Below, one piece after another: positions 14,151 through 29,878 of a stretch of 64,000 nt of DNA. Origin of the DNA: the human T2T-CHM13v2.0 reference genome, Homo sapiens; assembly GCF_009914755.1 (NCBI RefSeq), contig NC_060933.1; one strand, written 5' to 3'. Made by a program: the position numbers and the translations under genes. Each line of letters begins with the position of its first letter. The stretch's first letter is position 1. The notes below the pieces were generated by a model. It searched no databases, was not told the origin of the DNA, and was given only the letters and a program-made list of their open reading frames with translations.

Positions 14151-15180
14151 TCTCTCTTTCCTCTTATTCTCTAGACATCTTGGATAGTATCCAGTGAGGG
14201 CTGTGGGCAAGAATGGGTGTTTCTTATATTTGGGAACACCTAATATCCATGAAAGCAGGGTCTTGGCACATGTCTGCTTTCATATTAAGTACATGTACTA
14301 GCTGGAATTTTCCTCCCTCTGTTGTTACTGAGTTGGGGCTGCTCCCTCCTTTATCAATTCTCCCTTTTTATCATGATTGCTATGTTGGAAACTTGCTGAC
14401 TCTTCAGACTAGGGGATTCAGATCCTTCTCTTGGGGCTTCAGAGACATGGAGTGGATGAATGAATGTCTTCCCATGAGGGAGGAGTTCCCTGAGTCTGGT
14501 CTCAAGTGATTATCCAGTGCCTCACAGTGGAAGGAAGGTCTGTGAAGACTCCAGGGTCGAGGGAAAGTTATGTTCTTGGAGGTATGACTGAGCCCAGAAT
14601 CCAGGCCTCCAGTTTCCATCTCCTTGCCTGGCCCATTTCAGTCTTCAGACATGCTTTGAGGTCAATCCAGTCACTCACCCAGCAACAGACACTGCCTCTG
14701 CCCTCATGGACCTTGCAGTTCTAGTGGTGAGAGTAAGATGAATACAAGTGAGCAAAATGATGGCAAGTTGTTCAAGCTTGTTCAAACTTCTAAACACTGT
14801 TCAATGAATGAATGAACTAACAAGAACTTACTATGTGCTCTGGAAAGAAAATGTGAAAAATGTCGAGTTGTAAATCACTTTCTGCTACCACTACCTTTCC
14901 TAGTCTGGAAGTCAGCATTACTTCTCCATCCCTTGGAGGAGATAGTGGGCAGATATTACAAAATGTTAGCTAAAAAGAGCCACCATTTATTGGACCAGAC
15001 ATACACCAAGGGGTTTCTATAGTTCATTAATTTTCACCCTTTGAATTAGGCATCAATATTTCCATTTTGAAGATGAGAAAAACCGAAACTCAGGGTTTAA
15101 GTAGCTATCTGAAATCACACCCATAGCAGTAAGTGGCAGAACATTTGCTCTGGACACTGGGATAAGTATGTGTGTATGGG

Positions 15181-15515
15181 TTTCTTTGTTGTTTTTTGTT
15201 TCTGTTTTTGTTGTTGTTGTTGTTTATTTGTTTTTGGGATGGAGTTTTGCTCTTGTTGCCAAGGCTGGAGTGCAATGGCATGATTTCAGCTCAATGCAAC
15301 CTCCACCTCCTGGGTTGAAGTGATTCTCCTGCCTCAGCCTCCTGAGTAGCTGGGATTACAGGTGCCCACCACCACTCCTGCTAATTTTTGTATTTTTAGC
15401 AGAGACGGGGTTTCGCCATGTTGGCCAGGCTGGTCCCAAACTCTTGACCTTGTGATCCGCCCGCCCCGACCTCCCAAAGTGCTGGGATTACAGGCGTGAG
15501 CCACTGCACCCGGCC
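15181..15515 (-). mobile_element. AluS
   Basis: Reverse dimer with (TTG)n-modified tail. Confidence 0.92.
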
Positions 15516-16068
15516 ATGTATGTGTTTTTATGCCTAGCACTTCATAACAAATGCCAACATCTCTTCCTGCGGCCCTACCACAGAGGGAGCTGATCAGTTT
15601 CCCCTCCTGCCCAAAGGCAAAGCAGCCACAGTGGAAGTGCCTGAGTCCTCCCTCACAGCCTTCTGTCTAGTGGTTATTCCTGCTTCAAGGCTAAGGAAGG
15701 GAAGGACCGGTTTTGCCTTCAAAGGCTTTTTCCTTCTAGCCCTTGCTGTGCAGCCCGTTGTGTGTGGGAGGAACCATGAGAGGCCTGGATATTGTCAACA
15801 AAAGACTTGAACAAGCCAAAGAGCTGATTATGTTGTCAAGAAGGGGACCTTTCTTACATGATCTTGATGACAAATAATAAAAATTATAAACACATTACAG
15901 TTTTCACATGCATTTGTTCACTTCTCACAGCAAATATGAGAGGTATCTAAGGCTGAGCAGCTTATTACAGAAAAAAGCTTATGGGACTAGAACCTTAATT
16001 TTATGTAACAAAATTTATATAGAGCTTACCATGGATCATGTACTCTCCTAAATAGTTCAAAACTTTCA

Positions 16069-16500
<432 letters not shown>

Positions 16501-19500
16501 GTATCTCATAACTATTAACTCATCTACTTTTTCACCACCATGTGAAGTAGGCATTACTGTTATTCACATTTTTTAAGATGCAGAAACTGAGGCATGGTAA
16601 TCAAGTATCTTACCCAAGGTTGTACAGCCAGCAGGTGGTAGAACAGGGATCTTGAGCCCAGCCCCAGCATCTGTAACCACTTCGCAAGGTGGGCATCGCA
16701 TGGGGACTACACTTGAAACTCTAGTTTGTTAGTCTGGTGCCCCTGCTTCCGCCTGCCTCCCTCAGTCTTTATGGCCCATTGGAAAAAGTAAGCCAGAGCT
16801 GTGGCTCCCAGGGTGATGATCCTTCAGCTGCATCCTTGGCACTGTCATTCCCTCCTCCCATCTCCCACCAAGGGAGAATACCACAGACGGTTTGCCATGG
16901 ATCAAGATTTCTCTCAAGAAAGAGCTCACAGAAAGGCTGCTGTGAGAAAGGAAGTCACTTGCTACTCCCCTTATTCCTCCATCAGGAGGAGCTAGATGAG
17001 GTCACTGCACATTTGAGTGGGTGCTATCAAAGCACAGCCTCTGGCCAGTGTGGAGACAAACGTGGGCTGTGTGGCCCGTGACTGAGTGGCTGAAAGGAAA
17101 CCTGAGGTGGTAGGTGATGGAACTGATTGAAATAAAACTTCTGTAGGAATGCTGCATGCCATTCATTCAACAGTGCTCCCTGACCAGGTCCCAGGGCTGT
17201 GCATATGAGCTGCAAATGGGTTTGTTCATTCATTTACATATCTGTTTGCTTATTTATTCAATAAATTCTGATTATGCCCCTAAGAGGCACTGTGCTAGAT
17301 ATCAAGGAAGAACAAGACAAAATACCTTCCCCACAAGGGCTCCCGGTCTAGAGAGGGGAGGAGGAAGGGAGATCCACAGTGATTTGTATCATATGTTGAG
17401 GAAAGAGAGTCATTTACTATCACCGTTTGGCATCCTCACCCCCAGTGCGGTCCTTCTCTTTGTCTCTCCATGCTGGGAGTGGGCAGTCCCTGCTATGCTG
17501 CCCTTCAGACACAGCCCTCTTCCCTCAAGCTGCCCTCTGCCTGGATCCCACCTTCCTTGTGAGCTGGAGTATTTGCTTGAGGGAGTCTTGACTCTCCTTC
17601 CCTGTCAGTCACTGTTTGGCTGCAGGCAGTGACAGTGGTGGCAATAAAGCAGCAGAGAGGAGGCTTTGGTATCCGAGCAGGGACTCACGGGTGGGATGGG
17701 ATGGGGATGGTTTTATGTTTGCCCCACTGTGTTCTCTGTGCTGCTCTGCCCAGGGAGGCTGACCTCTTCAGACTGTGTCACATGGGCCCCCTGATCTCTC
17801 GGCCAATAGAGTTCCCGGCTGAGAAGGGGGAGAGAGGAGTCAGGGTATTTGTTTCCTCCATTCCCTGTCAGCCCCCTTTTTTGCCTGCTTGCAGCTCTGA
17901 TGGTGGTTGTGTTTCCTCCTTGGTCACAGCTTTGCTGAGTGGCCTCTCTCCTGTGTCCCGTGAGCCCAGTTGGCATTGGGCTTTGGTAGAGATATTTCTA
18001 TCCTGGTGCCACACTAGCACCAGGATTAGTTTTCTTCATCTGGTCTATGCCTTTAGAAACTGCCACATCACTAAACCCTTCAGTGAAACCCTCTCGAATG
18101 TGTCATTTATTTTCTGTTGCCACCCTGACTGGCTCACCTGGGTGCAGAGGAGGTGGGGACAGAGCAGGTTGGGGCTCCAGTTCAGCTTTGTTATCCCTCT
18201 TTTTCAGGGTTTCCCAGAGGAAGAGAGAGAATTTGGACAAATGAATGAGGAACAATGCTCTCCTGAGAGTTTCTTTAAGGGGCGAGAGTCACTGCCACTA
18301 GCTCCTTTGAAAGCAGAATTAAGAGGCAGTGCAGGAAGGCACAGCAGGAAGGCTCATGGTTAGACTACAGAGAAGGAAACAGCCACTGCTGGGGACCTAC
18401 CCTGTGCTGGTCACTGACAAGCTGCCTCATTAAACCTTCCCAGACCCTCAACCCCTCCTAGTATCTTATCCTCATTTTACAGATGAGAAGACTGTGGCCC
18501 AGAGAGGTAAAGATCTGGGGAGCAGGATGGGAGCTTCACTTTTTCTCAGTTGCTCTGGCAAAGAGAAGCCTCACCTTGTGATCAAGGGATTGGGAGGGTG
18601 ACAGATAAATTTTGGCTTAAGTGTCAGCATAGCACTGGGAATCTGGAGATAGATGGCACTGGATTGACTCCTTGGATCTGCCTCTTACTGGCTGTGTGAT
18701 ACTGGGCATGCCTCTGTTTCCCCATCTATAAAAATGGGGCTAATGATAATAACACCTGCCTTACAGGTTGTGTAGAAGGTTGAATTTGTAGTTGTGAGGT
18801 GCCCAGGAACAGTGCTGGCACACAGTGAGCGCCATACACAAGTGTTAAAGAATGGAGCCTCCTGCTCTCTCCTTATTTTCCACCTCCTGCCCTCTTCTCA
18901 TTGCCCACCTCCCCTGCCTTCTCCTTACCATCCTGAAAAAGGGTGAACAGCCACCCAGGAGCACCTGAATGGGCATGTTTGTCCCAGGCCCTTTGTGAGC
19001 ATGCTTTTCCCTGCCCTGCCCCCTGTCATCACCATTCTGGATGGAGCAGCAAGGACGGAGACACTTAGTTGGGCTGTCCACTCCAGGTCCAATGCCAGTG
19101 GGATCAGCTTTGATGGGATGCACACAGACTGACCTCTTCTCCCCAGCCCCTTCAACTTCCCAGAGCTGCAGGGGGCCTGGGAGTTCTTGGTAACAGCACA
19201 TTAAACCTCTGTTTGTGGGAACTTTAATTTAAACACAAATTAGAGATGGCAAATGACTCTGGCAGCCAGATAAGCCATCCCGGGAGAGCAAGGAGAAAGC
19301 CAAGAGAATCAGCCCAGATAAGGCCTGACTTTAAACTACTGGTGATACCCAGAAGCCTGGGACAGATGAAATCTAGGGGTCCTGAATGAAGAACCCCAGA
19401 AGCTCCACACCCCAGTTGTCCTTGCTCTGGGCTCTATGCCAGCTCCCTCTCCTGTGTTCTCTATATTTCTATCTTTTTGCAAAATTCTAACCTGATTCTT

Positions 19501-21477
19501 TGGCTCCATCCCTCCCACCCCCACCCCACTGTTTTAGAGAATGCACTTTCTTTACTTTGCTTCTCATCTTCTTCTGTGACCTACTATTCTGAGAAAGTTC
19601 TACTTGTTACCTAACCTCCATCTATGCTACTACCTTTAGAGTCTAATACATCCTGCTTAGTGGTAGTTCTGGGAGTTTCTGTTCATGTGGCAAATGTGGT
19701 GTAGTAAAAACAACCTGAAAAAGACCTGGGTGAACTTCTCTGCATCTCAGTTTCCTCATCTGTATGATGAGTGTGTGAGAAAGAATCTCTAAGGACTTGT
19801 AAACTCTGACTTCTCACAGAGAATCTGAGGACAAGGACATCCCAGGAAATCTCTATTGTTCTGGAACCCATGAATTTTCCACTGTTCTACTGTTTGGGAG
19901 TGAGCGTGGGGAGAGCAGTCAAGCCTGTTGATTCCTTTCTGGGAAGGGTCTACAGGCTTTGCTTCCATCCCTCCGCCCACAACCCAGGCTTAGGCCAGGC
20001 CCAGGCCCAGGAGAGAGGATGCCTTTCCAGTTCTGTCAAGGCCTGCTGAGCCCAGCTCTGTGGGGCTGTGGCTGCTAAGATGTTGTCTCCATCCTCTGGG
20101 GTAGGAGCAACATATGTTCCCTCTGTCACAGCACCTGTGAGGGTGGCAGAGGGATGGCAACCCCCAAGAGGGCAGAGTTCCATCTCTCCAACTGACTTTG
20201 AAGCATCTTTTTATCCTGCTTTTCTGGGAGGCTTAAAGTGAAGGCGGAGGGAGATATCACACAGTCCCAAAGCCCCCACTAAATGGGGAGCTACTGTCTT
20301 TCATCTTTCATGCAGGGTAAAAGAAGACACCTTGGCTACAGCAAGAGGAAAGAAGGTCAAACCACAGGCAGAACTTTCAGGTTGAATGTTAGAGCAGACT
20401 GTGATCCCAAGAGATCATCCAAGACCCTTGGTCTCAGAGGATGCCTATGAGGCCCTGGTCCCTGGCTGGGGTGGGAACAATAATCTCAACAGCCCCATGC
20501 TAGACTGACTTGGGAGTCAGAAGGTCCCTGGGACTAGAATAGAAGGACTTTGGCATTTTCCCTGGCCTAGGGCCCTTAGACAGAAGTGGACAGCTGCCAT
20601 CAGGAGCCTGGGGCCCAGCTGTGTCCACCCCTTGCCCGCCTCCCCCCTCCTGAGTGCCTGGCTGCCCCTGGAGCCCCAGGCTTGCCTGCCATCTGGGCAG
20701 CTCAGAGGAGAGCCCACTGCCAAGGGAGTGCCAGCGTTGATTTATGGTCCACAACCTTGGCAGGCTCAGGCTGTGTGCCCGAACTGCCTTTGCTCAGGGA
20801 AGAGATGCTCCTCTTAAAGGGACAGTGCAGAGGAATGCAGGAAAGTCCAGGACGAAAGCTTGGCAGGGGGCTGGCAAAAAAGACCTCCACCCATCAGCAC
20901 TCTGGGTGACTGTCACTCCCTAGGGAAACTTCTCCCTAGGGAACCACCCATCATACCTGTTATCATACCCTATCCTTTGTAGACTTGGCCCAACTGTAAC
21001 ATATTAATATGTTTACTGTCAGTCTCTCCCACTGGACTGTAATCTCTAGGAGGGTAGGAACCAGACCCATTGTGCTCATTCCTGAATATTCAGCACCAAA
21101 CACAGTGCCTGGTGCCTAATAAGATCTCAGTAAGAATTTGTCAAGTGTAGGAAAGAATGAATAAATGAAGGTCCTTGTCCATGAGGTGGAGGGAAGCCCA
21201 CGTGTCTTCTTAGTGCCTGCCATGGTTTCCGAGACCCTGCGGCATCTGCTGCTACCCCCAGGATCTCTCCCTCCAGGACCCTTCCTCACCCCTGTCATAT
21301 CAACCCAGGACCAATGGGGCCAATCTTATCTGGATACCCTTGCTTTCCCACTTTTCTTGAGTCACCTTTCTTAAGTCCTTCACACAATGTTCTTTTCCTC
21401 CCATTTTCCTTCCTCCAAGATACTTTCTCAGATTACCTACAGCCTCAGTCCTGGATTCAGATACTCTTTCAGATAAT

Positions 21478-21798
21478 CTTTTATTTTTTTATTTTTATTT
21501 TTATTTTTTATTTTTCTTGAGACAGAGGCTCCCTCTGTCACCCAGGTGGAAGTGCAGTGGCAGTCTTGGATCACTGCCACCTGTGTCTCCCAGGTTCAAG
21601 TGATTCTCCTGCCTCAGCCTCCAGAGTAGCTGGGATTACAGGCTTGTGCCACCATGCCCAGCTAATTTTTGTATTTTTAGTAGAGACGAGGTTTCATCAC
21701 ATTGGCCAGGTTGGTCTCGAACTCCTGACCTCAAATGATCTGCCCCCCTCAGCCTCCCAAAGTGGTGGGATTACAGGCATGAGCCACTGTGACTGGCC
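21478..21798 (-). mobile_element. AluS
   Basis: Reverse dimer with (TTTTTA)n tail. Confidence 0.92.
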
Positions 21799-21799
21799 T

Positions 21800-22480
<681 letters not shown>

Positions 22481-22599
22481 TCAGTCACCTGGGTGTGCAC
22501 AGCAGCATTTGGGGGATGGGAGTGGGAGAGGAGATTTCCCAAACTGCACTCTCCTATCTCTTTTACATTTTGAAAGCACCTGCCCTTCTAATGTGGGAG

Positions 22600-22758
22600 G
22601 ACCACTGCTTAAAATCTTTGGAGAAGCAGCCCTGGCCTTACCTGGAAGCTGGTTAGAAAACAGAGCTCAGGTGCCACACCAGATCTACTGAGTCAGAATC
22701 TGCATTTTAACCAGGTCCCAGGTCATTTGTATGCACAGTGGTGTTTGAGAAGCAGTGT
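22600..22758. mobile_element. MER5-type hAT-Charlie MITE
   Basis: 'tactgagtcagaatctgcattttaac...gtttgagaagcagtg'. Confidence 0.65.
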
Positions 22759-23642
22759 TTCAGGAAATACCTCACAGGAGGGATGGAGTGTGAAGACATC
22801 AGATGATGTGAGGTGGGTGGGGTTGGGGGGTTGGTTGCTGAAGAGTGGATTTGAATCAGAGATGGGGGTCTGAGTGTGTATATGTGCCTCTGTGTGTGTG
22901 TTCCTCCAGCCCTAATGACTGTGGGCTATATGAGGATGTGCATCTCCAAGCGCTTTTCCTTCCATGGGTGTGGAGTACCAGGGGATACTGTACATCTTTA
23001 TCCCACTGTGACAATGCCCCCACTTCCACCTACAGCTGTGAGTCAAACAGAATCTGCCAACCTCTGGGCGGTGGGAGCATCTCGGAAGCAAGGCAAGGCA
23101 AGGAGATCCCTTGTTCCTGACCTCCGGCAATCCATTTATTTGACCCGAGTCTCATAAAGGCGTCCTGATGAGCCCAATCGCTTGCTAATGGTTATGAGCC
23201 AAGACCTGGGGATTTATGTCTGAGGCCTTCGTGGCCACGAACAGGAGTAGGGCTGCGCAAAGGAGGCCAGGCTGTGCATGGCTTCAGTTCATGGAGACCT
23301 GTACCCAGAACCACCACGGAGACTACCACACCCCCACCTCCAAATCTGGGGCAAAGAACATTGCCCTGGGTGGGGGAAGCTGGGCTAAGGAGAAAAAAGA
23401 CCTCTGGCTGGAGATGTCCAGTGATGAAGGGTGAGTGTCTGGGAAACTGGCCTGACTTGGCTGGGTGGGGTGTAGGGGGAGATACTGGAGAAGTGAGTGG
23501 AAAGGGCACTGGAATTGGAGCCAGTCAAACTGGGGTTCAAATCCTGGATCTGTTTTCCACCCGTGTATGACACTGGACAAATCATGGCTCTCCCTGAGCC
23601 TCATTTTTCTCATCTGTAGATGGGAATTGTGACGCTATCTCA

Positions 23643-23925
<283 letters not shown>

Positions 23926-24036
23926 GAGAGAGAGAGAATTAAATGAGATAATGTTTGTGAAAAGCACTTCGAATACCAATTGTATATATTTAAGTGGGTC
24001 AAGAGATTGGGATTCTAATTCCAACTCCACCACTAA

Positions 24037-24424
<388 letters not shown>

Positions 24425-24850
24425 TAGTTGCTCCACAGATACTAAGAGGGGACACAGTGCTCTTTTGGTTGCCTCCAGCTCTGATGTTTTGTGGTTCTAA
24501 TGAGGAGTCCTTATTTGGAAATGGAACTTTGGAATGGTTTGGATCTCATTCTGGCCATAGAGAGGGCATCATTGCAACTGTGGCTTCAGGGCCAATGTGC
24601 GGTTAGGGGGGCTGAGTCAGAACAGCCCCCTCTTCCTCGATAGTGCCATCCTGTGAGTATAATCCCTGTGTGGGTGTTGGACACAGTGTTGGGGAAGACT
24701 GTGCAACAGGGGTAAGTAGGAAAGGCCCTGTGGTAGGGGGTTAGCTGGGTATCCATGGAAATGCCTGAACTACTCATGCCTTTTGCACAAGTAGGTCTTC
24801 AAATAATCTCTTCTGCTTCCCTCTTTCCCACTCTTTCCCTGTCTAAGGTG

Positions 24851-24889
24851 TGTGGTGGTGGTGGTGGTGGTGTGTGTGTGTGTGTGTGT
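24851..24889. repeat. Compound (GGT)n(GT)n microsatellite
   Basis: Direct reading. Confidence 0.9.
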
Positions 24890-25814
24890 CTAACCTGATT
24901 GGGAGAGTAAGCCAAATGGAGTGAAGTGGAGAAACATCCCCAAAAGTCCCAGGTAGAGACCTAAGGATTCCTAAATCACAGTGCAGAACAGGGTCCTCTA
25001 CCCTTTTCCCATTCTGGGAACATCCTGAAGCCAGTCATTGTGGGAGAGAGACATGACCCCCAACCCAGCCTCACAGACCCCACCCCTCTTCCACGCTTTG
25101 CCCTACCCTCTTTCTTGTGCTTGTATCCTAACCTTAAGCCCTAGAGACTTCTAGGTACCCAGAGAGCAGCCTATTCAGTGATGTTTACTGAGCACATGTT
25201 ATGTGCCTTGCACTGGGCCTGGAGCAAGGGCTAAGGAGTGAAATTAGACCTGATCCCTGTCCTGAAGATGTCACAGCTGAGTAGGCAGAAAGACTTTAAA
25301 CAGATAATGGCAACACGATGTGCTAAGGAACATCAATGTACAAGATAACAGGTAGTCTGTATTTATGGGAGAGGGAGGCATAAAAGAAGATGCTTCAGCT
25401 GCTTTCTAAACATGTTTGTCGTGGAACATTGAAAACATACGAAAACAGAGCAGTATAGTGTCCTCATCATGCAACTGCAACAATGGTCACACCAGGATCT
25501 TGGTGTGTCTATACTCCCACCCACGTTCCATACCCCACTGCACCATTACTTGGGGTGGAACTGGGTTGGTTTTGAAAGAGGAACAGCAATTCCCCAAGTA
25601 GAAAGTGCTGGAGGGAAAAGTTTGCAGGCAGAGGGGATGCTGTGCTCAGAAGCTTGAGCAGTGCCTGATGCTAGTACATCAAACCGAAGCTGAAGGAGTG
25701 GGACAAGATGCTTTGGCCCCCGTGCATTCTGGCCCTAATGCATCTGTCACACAGCATGCCCTGTGGCTCCTTTTGGAACTCGGGTCTCCAGGCAAGTCTT
25801 CGGAAGAGCCAGGT

Positions 25815-26900
25815 TAGCGCAGAGCCAGCCCTTTGAGTGCAGGGAGTGAGGAGGCACCGCTAAGACGGCGGGCCTTGGCTGGGCGTCCGCGGGGCTTTGG
25901 TGGGCCTAGAGTGCTAGGGACTGGCACGCACCAGCACTGAGGGGCAAAGCGGGCGCAGTCAGGCCCTCCACCCCGCGTCGGCACGCGGTCTTAAATATCA
26001 CCCCGGAGTTTTCAATTATCTCTCCTTAATGGATTTGCAGGGGCTCTTTCATCAAGCGCGGGGTGGCTGGGTGTGGGGGTGCGGGGAGCGCGCGGCGAGG
26101 GCTGGAGCTGGGAAAATGGCCCATATTTCAATATTAAAGCCCTTTACGATCGTCAGCAGCATGAAAGATGCTGCAAATTAAACGGAGCCGTCCGCGCCAG
26201 CCTTTCCATCTCGCAAGTTTTAATTAACCCTGAGGGGGAGGCGGCTGACGGGCGGGTCGGAGCCGGGCCAGCGGCGGATCTGGGAGCCTGCGGATCCCAG
26301 ATTCCGAACTGGAGCGTCAGGGATCTCGCGGGCCAGGCCAGGCGGAGGCGGAGGGTGGTGGGCTCCGAGTCCCAGGCGAGGGCGCAGAAGATGCCCGTGG
26401 AGATGGGCAAGGCTGAGGGGTGGGGGACAGGTTGGAAGGTCTCTGAGCATCTGACCGGGAAACAAAACTCTGCAACTGAATGCAGGACGCTTTGTTCTTA
26501 AAGGTGAGGGGGCTTGTGGCCAAATCATCTAGCTCTTCATCCCCAGGCTCCTTCAGCGCGCGTCCTTCTGCCTCTCTTCTTTGGACCAGCACTTCCCCCA
26601 AACGCTCCCCCGCGTTGATTCCCGGTCCCCTCCCACCTCATCCTGTGGCTCCTTGTTTCGGGAGGCAGTTGTGCTTCTGTGACCCCGCGGCTCCTGTTCT
26701 GGGACGTCTGCTTTCTCCATCACTCCCTGGCTTCCCAGGCGGGCCCCATCCTCCTGAGCAGAGCGGAGCAGCGCGCACAGAAGCGCCACTGTTCTGCCTT
26801 GGCAGGGCCTGGCCCGACAGCTTGTGCCTGCGCAGCAGACCCATCCGTCAGGCGGGAAGGATGGAGCGACGTCCGGCTGCCCGCTCTGAGGACTCCCCAG
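25815..26900. promoter_or_regulatory. CpG island with AT-rich homeodomain-motif core
   Basis: Dense CpG; 25990-26230 contains TAATGGATT, TTTACGAT and TTAATTAA. Confidence 0.7.
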
Positions 26901-27722
26901 GGAGACACATCTGGCCTTGGCCCAGACTCCTCTCTTCCCTTCTCCCCACCCGCCAACCCTTCCCCCAACTACCAGCTCAGTATATACTTCTGTCTCTCCT
27001 GCTTTCCTTGCTTCTCCTCCTCCCTCCCATACGCATGCAGCCTGGGGCCTGGGGCCCAGGAGAGGCACTCCTCTCATGGGTCACACTGAGAAGTCCTTCG
27101 TCCACCTGCATCCACATGGCAGGGCATAACTCTAAAGCTTAAAAAGATCCAGCGATCTCAGTGGACCACAATCCACAGCTAAGTCAGCCAATCAACACTC
27201 AAGGGCTTAAATCAAGGACTTTGGGCAAACCCTATAGAGTGGAGGAATTAGAAAAATAATACAAATAAAAGACATGGTCATTATTCCTGGGTATTTACAG
27301 ATACTTCTTTGTGCTTCCTGAAATGTTTTGCAGAAATCACATTCTCCTCTCATTGTGCTACACAGCTTGTAAGCACCAAGACAAGAAATTCTATGATAAA
27401 GCAAAAAGAAAAGAAAAGAAAAAACTCCTCTTCTACTTTCTTCTTGGTGTGTATTTTTTCTTGTCAATTTCTGATAATCTATCAAGCCTTCTTAAAATAG
27501 TGCCTGCTTATGCAGTATGGTTAGGATGATGAACACACTTAAACAGGATAGGGAATAAGTACAAACTACAAGTGCTGTGGGGATGCAGAGTAATAGGACA
27601 AGTGGTGAAAATTAAAACATTTTTGGCTTAATCAAGGAGTACTTCCTGGAAGAGGGGAGACCTGATTTGGAAGGAGAGGTGATATAAACTTGAAAAGAAA
27701 GTTCCAGATGTGGAAACACTGG

Positions 27723-28030
27723 TTTTATTCTTTATTTTTATTTTGAGACAGGATCGTACTCTGTCATCCAAGTTGGAGTGCAGTGGCACGATCTTGGCTC
27801 ACTGCACCCTCCACTTCCCGGGATCAAATGATCCTCTGCCTCAGCCTCCTGAGTAGCTGGGACTACAGGTGTGTGCCACCACACCCAGCTAATTTTTTTG
27901 CTTTTTTTGTAGAGATGGGGTTTTGCCATATTGCTCCAGCTGGTCTTGAACTCCTGGACTCAGGCGATTCCCCTGCTGCCTTGGCCTTCTAAAATGCTGG
28001 GATTATAGGCATGAGCCACCACACCTGGCT
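27723..28030 (-). mobile_element. AluJ
   Basis: Reverse dimer; TSD aacac(t/c)ggtt. Confidence 0.9.
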
Positions 28031-28439
28031 AACACCGGTTCTAAAATTAGGCAGAATCTATATTTTACTTCAGTTTGAGAGCAGATAATCTTGGCTATAT
28101 TTTCCCTGACAATACAGTAAGATGAAAGAAGCCTTGTGCAATAGCAGGAAGAATTCAGGGTAGACAGTGGGATCTTGGCTAATGCTGGAGACTAAAGTGA
28201 ATGGAGAGAGACCCTGAAGCACCCTTCTCCCATACTTGGCTATGGGCTATGGGAGGGATGCCTGGACTCTGAGACTTGGCCACCATGTTGTGTTTTGCCA
28301 TTAGAAGATTTGGACATGAAGTTGAATAAGGCAGGAACGACCTCACAGCATCAACCACAACCCCCAATGTGGCTGGAGAAGGAGGGAGAGAGGGCAAAGA
28401 ATATCTTCCTCTTACTCAGATTGTAAGTGGAGAAACTGA

Positions 28440-28800
28440 AGTCCATTCACTCAAATCCATAAGTGTCTACTGAGCACCTCCTATGTGGCAAGCACTATAT
28501 AGGCCCTAAGGATCCAGAGATGATCAGGGCATGGTCCCTGTCAACATGGTGCTCACAGTCTAGTGGGAAATAGAGTTCACTCATCATTCTACCATTTAAT
28601 CAAGAACAAAAAGTATTGAGCACTTACTCTGAGCCAGGCAGAGTTGCAGGTGCTGGAGATGCAACTGTGAACAAGGCAGACCCAATCCCTGCCCCATCAG
28701 AGAGTACTACCTGGTGCAGAAGACACATACATAAACAGGCAGCTATAATTCAGGGTGATGTATGCTATGAAGGGGAAAGGACAGTTGCCATGGGATGGCA
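28440..28800 (-). mobile_element. L2 fragments
   Basis: 'tactgagcacctcctatgtggcaagcact' and 'attgagcacttactctgagccaggca' are reverse L2 3' ends. Confidence 0.65.
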
Positions 28801-29584
28801 TATCCATAGATATGCCATAGATCCATAGGTTCCCATGAGGAGATCTATCCGAGTCTGTGAAAGGGGATGTGAGGATGATGTGGAAGAAGCAACACCAAAT
28901 CTGATCTGCTCACAAGGTGCGCAGAAGTCAAGTGTGGGATGGCATAGGGAGGGTGTCCTGGGCCTAGAGTTTGTGTTTCCAATACCAGCAGGGGAAAACA
29001 GATGATAATCCTAACAGAGCCAGACCAAGGAATGAGGTTATCAGTTTTCCTTTTTCTGCTGGGAAGTTTCTGCCTTGGGGCTAGGCTATGTAGGGGGAGG
29101 CTGGGAGGTGGGAGGGCACTGTGGAGGATCTTACTCTTTCCACCCTCCTCTCACTGATCCTAGTTTTGAACAAGAAACAGGTGATCTGTTTCTCTAGTTG
29201 CAGCTGAATAGAAACCAGGACAAGAAAGTGTTGTCCTCCCCAGACACGTTTCTGTCTCCTGGATCCTAAACAGCTGCCTACTTGAGCCATATGACTTCAA
29301 TCCACAGGGCCTCCCAGGAGCTGAATCCAGAAGGGCAAGAACAAAGTAGCAAAGCAGGAAAGGGCATTCAGAAGAGAACAGCATGGGCAAAGGTCCCAAG
29401 GCCAGAGGACTTGGAAACTGCAAGTCCCTCAGTGTAGAGATGAGTCTGTAGAGGAGGTTGACACAAGCTTGTGAAAGACCCAGTATGCCAGGCTAAGGGG
29501 GTGGGAACAGTGAGGGACACTGAGGGTTTTATGGCTTAAATTTTGACAAGTGTATCTACATATAGACAACTAATGTAACACTCC

Positions 29585-29871
29585 TTTTTTTTTTTTTTTT
29601 TTTTTTAGAGAGAGATGGAGTCTCACTCTGTCGCCCAGGCTAGAGTGCAGTGGTGAGATCTTGGCTCACTGCAACCTGCGCTTCCTGGGTTCAAGTGATT
29701 CTCCTGCCTTAGCCTCCTGAGTAGCTGGGACTACAGACTGATCCCACCACATCTGGCTATTTTTTTGTATTTTTGGTGGAGACAGGGTTTCACCATGTTG
29801 GCCAGGCCGGTTTCGAACTCCTGAGCTCAAGTGATCCACCTGCCTCAGCCTCCCAAAGTGCTGGGATTACA
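29585..29871 (-). mobile_element. AluS, slightly 5'-truncated
   Basis: Long T tail; ends at 'gctgggattaca'. Confidence 0.9.
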
Positions 29872-29878
29872 AAGAACA

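Noticed and set aside
17629-18363. 244-aa ORF
   Set aside because: Non-ATG start, no recognisable domain or exon structure; overlaps probable degraded repeat.
26480-27142. 220-aa ORF
   Set aside because: Pro/Ser/Leu-rich frame expected by chance in a GC-rich island.
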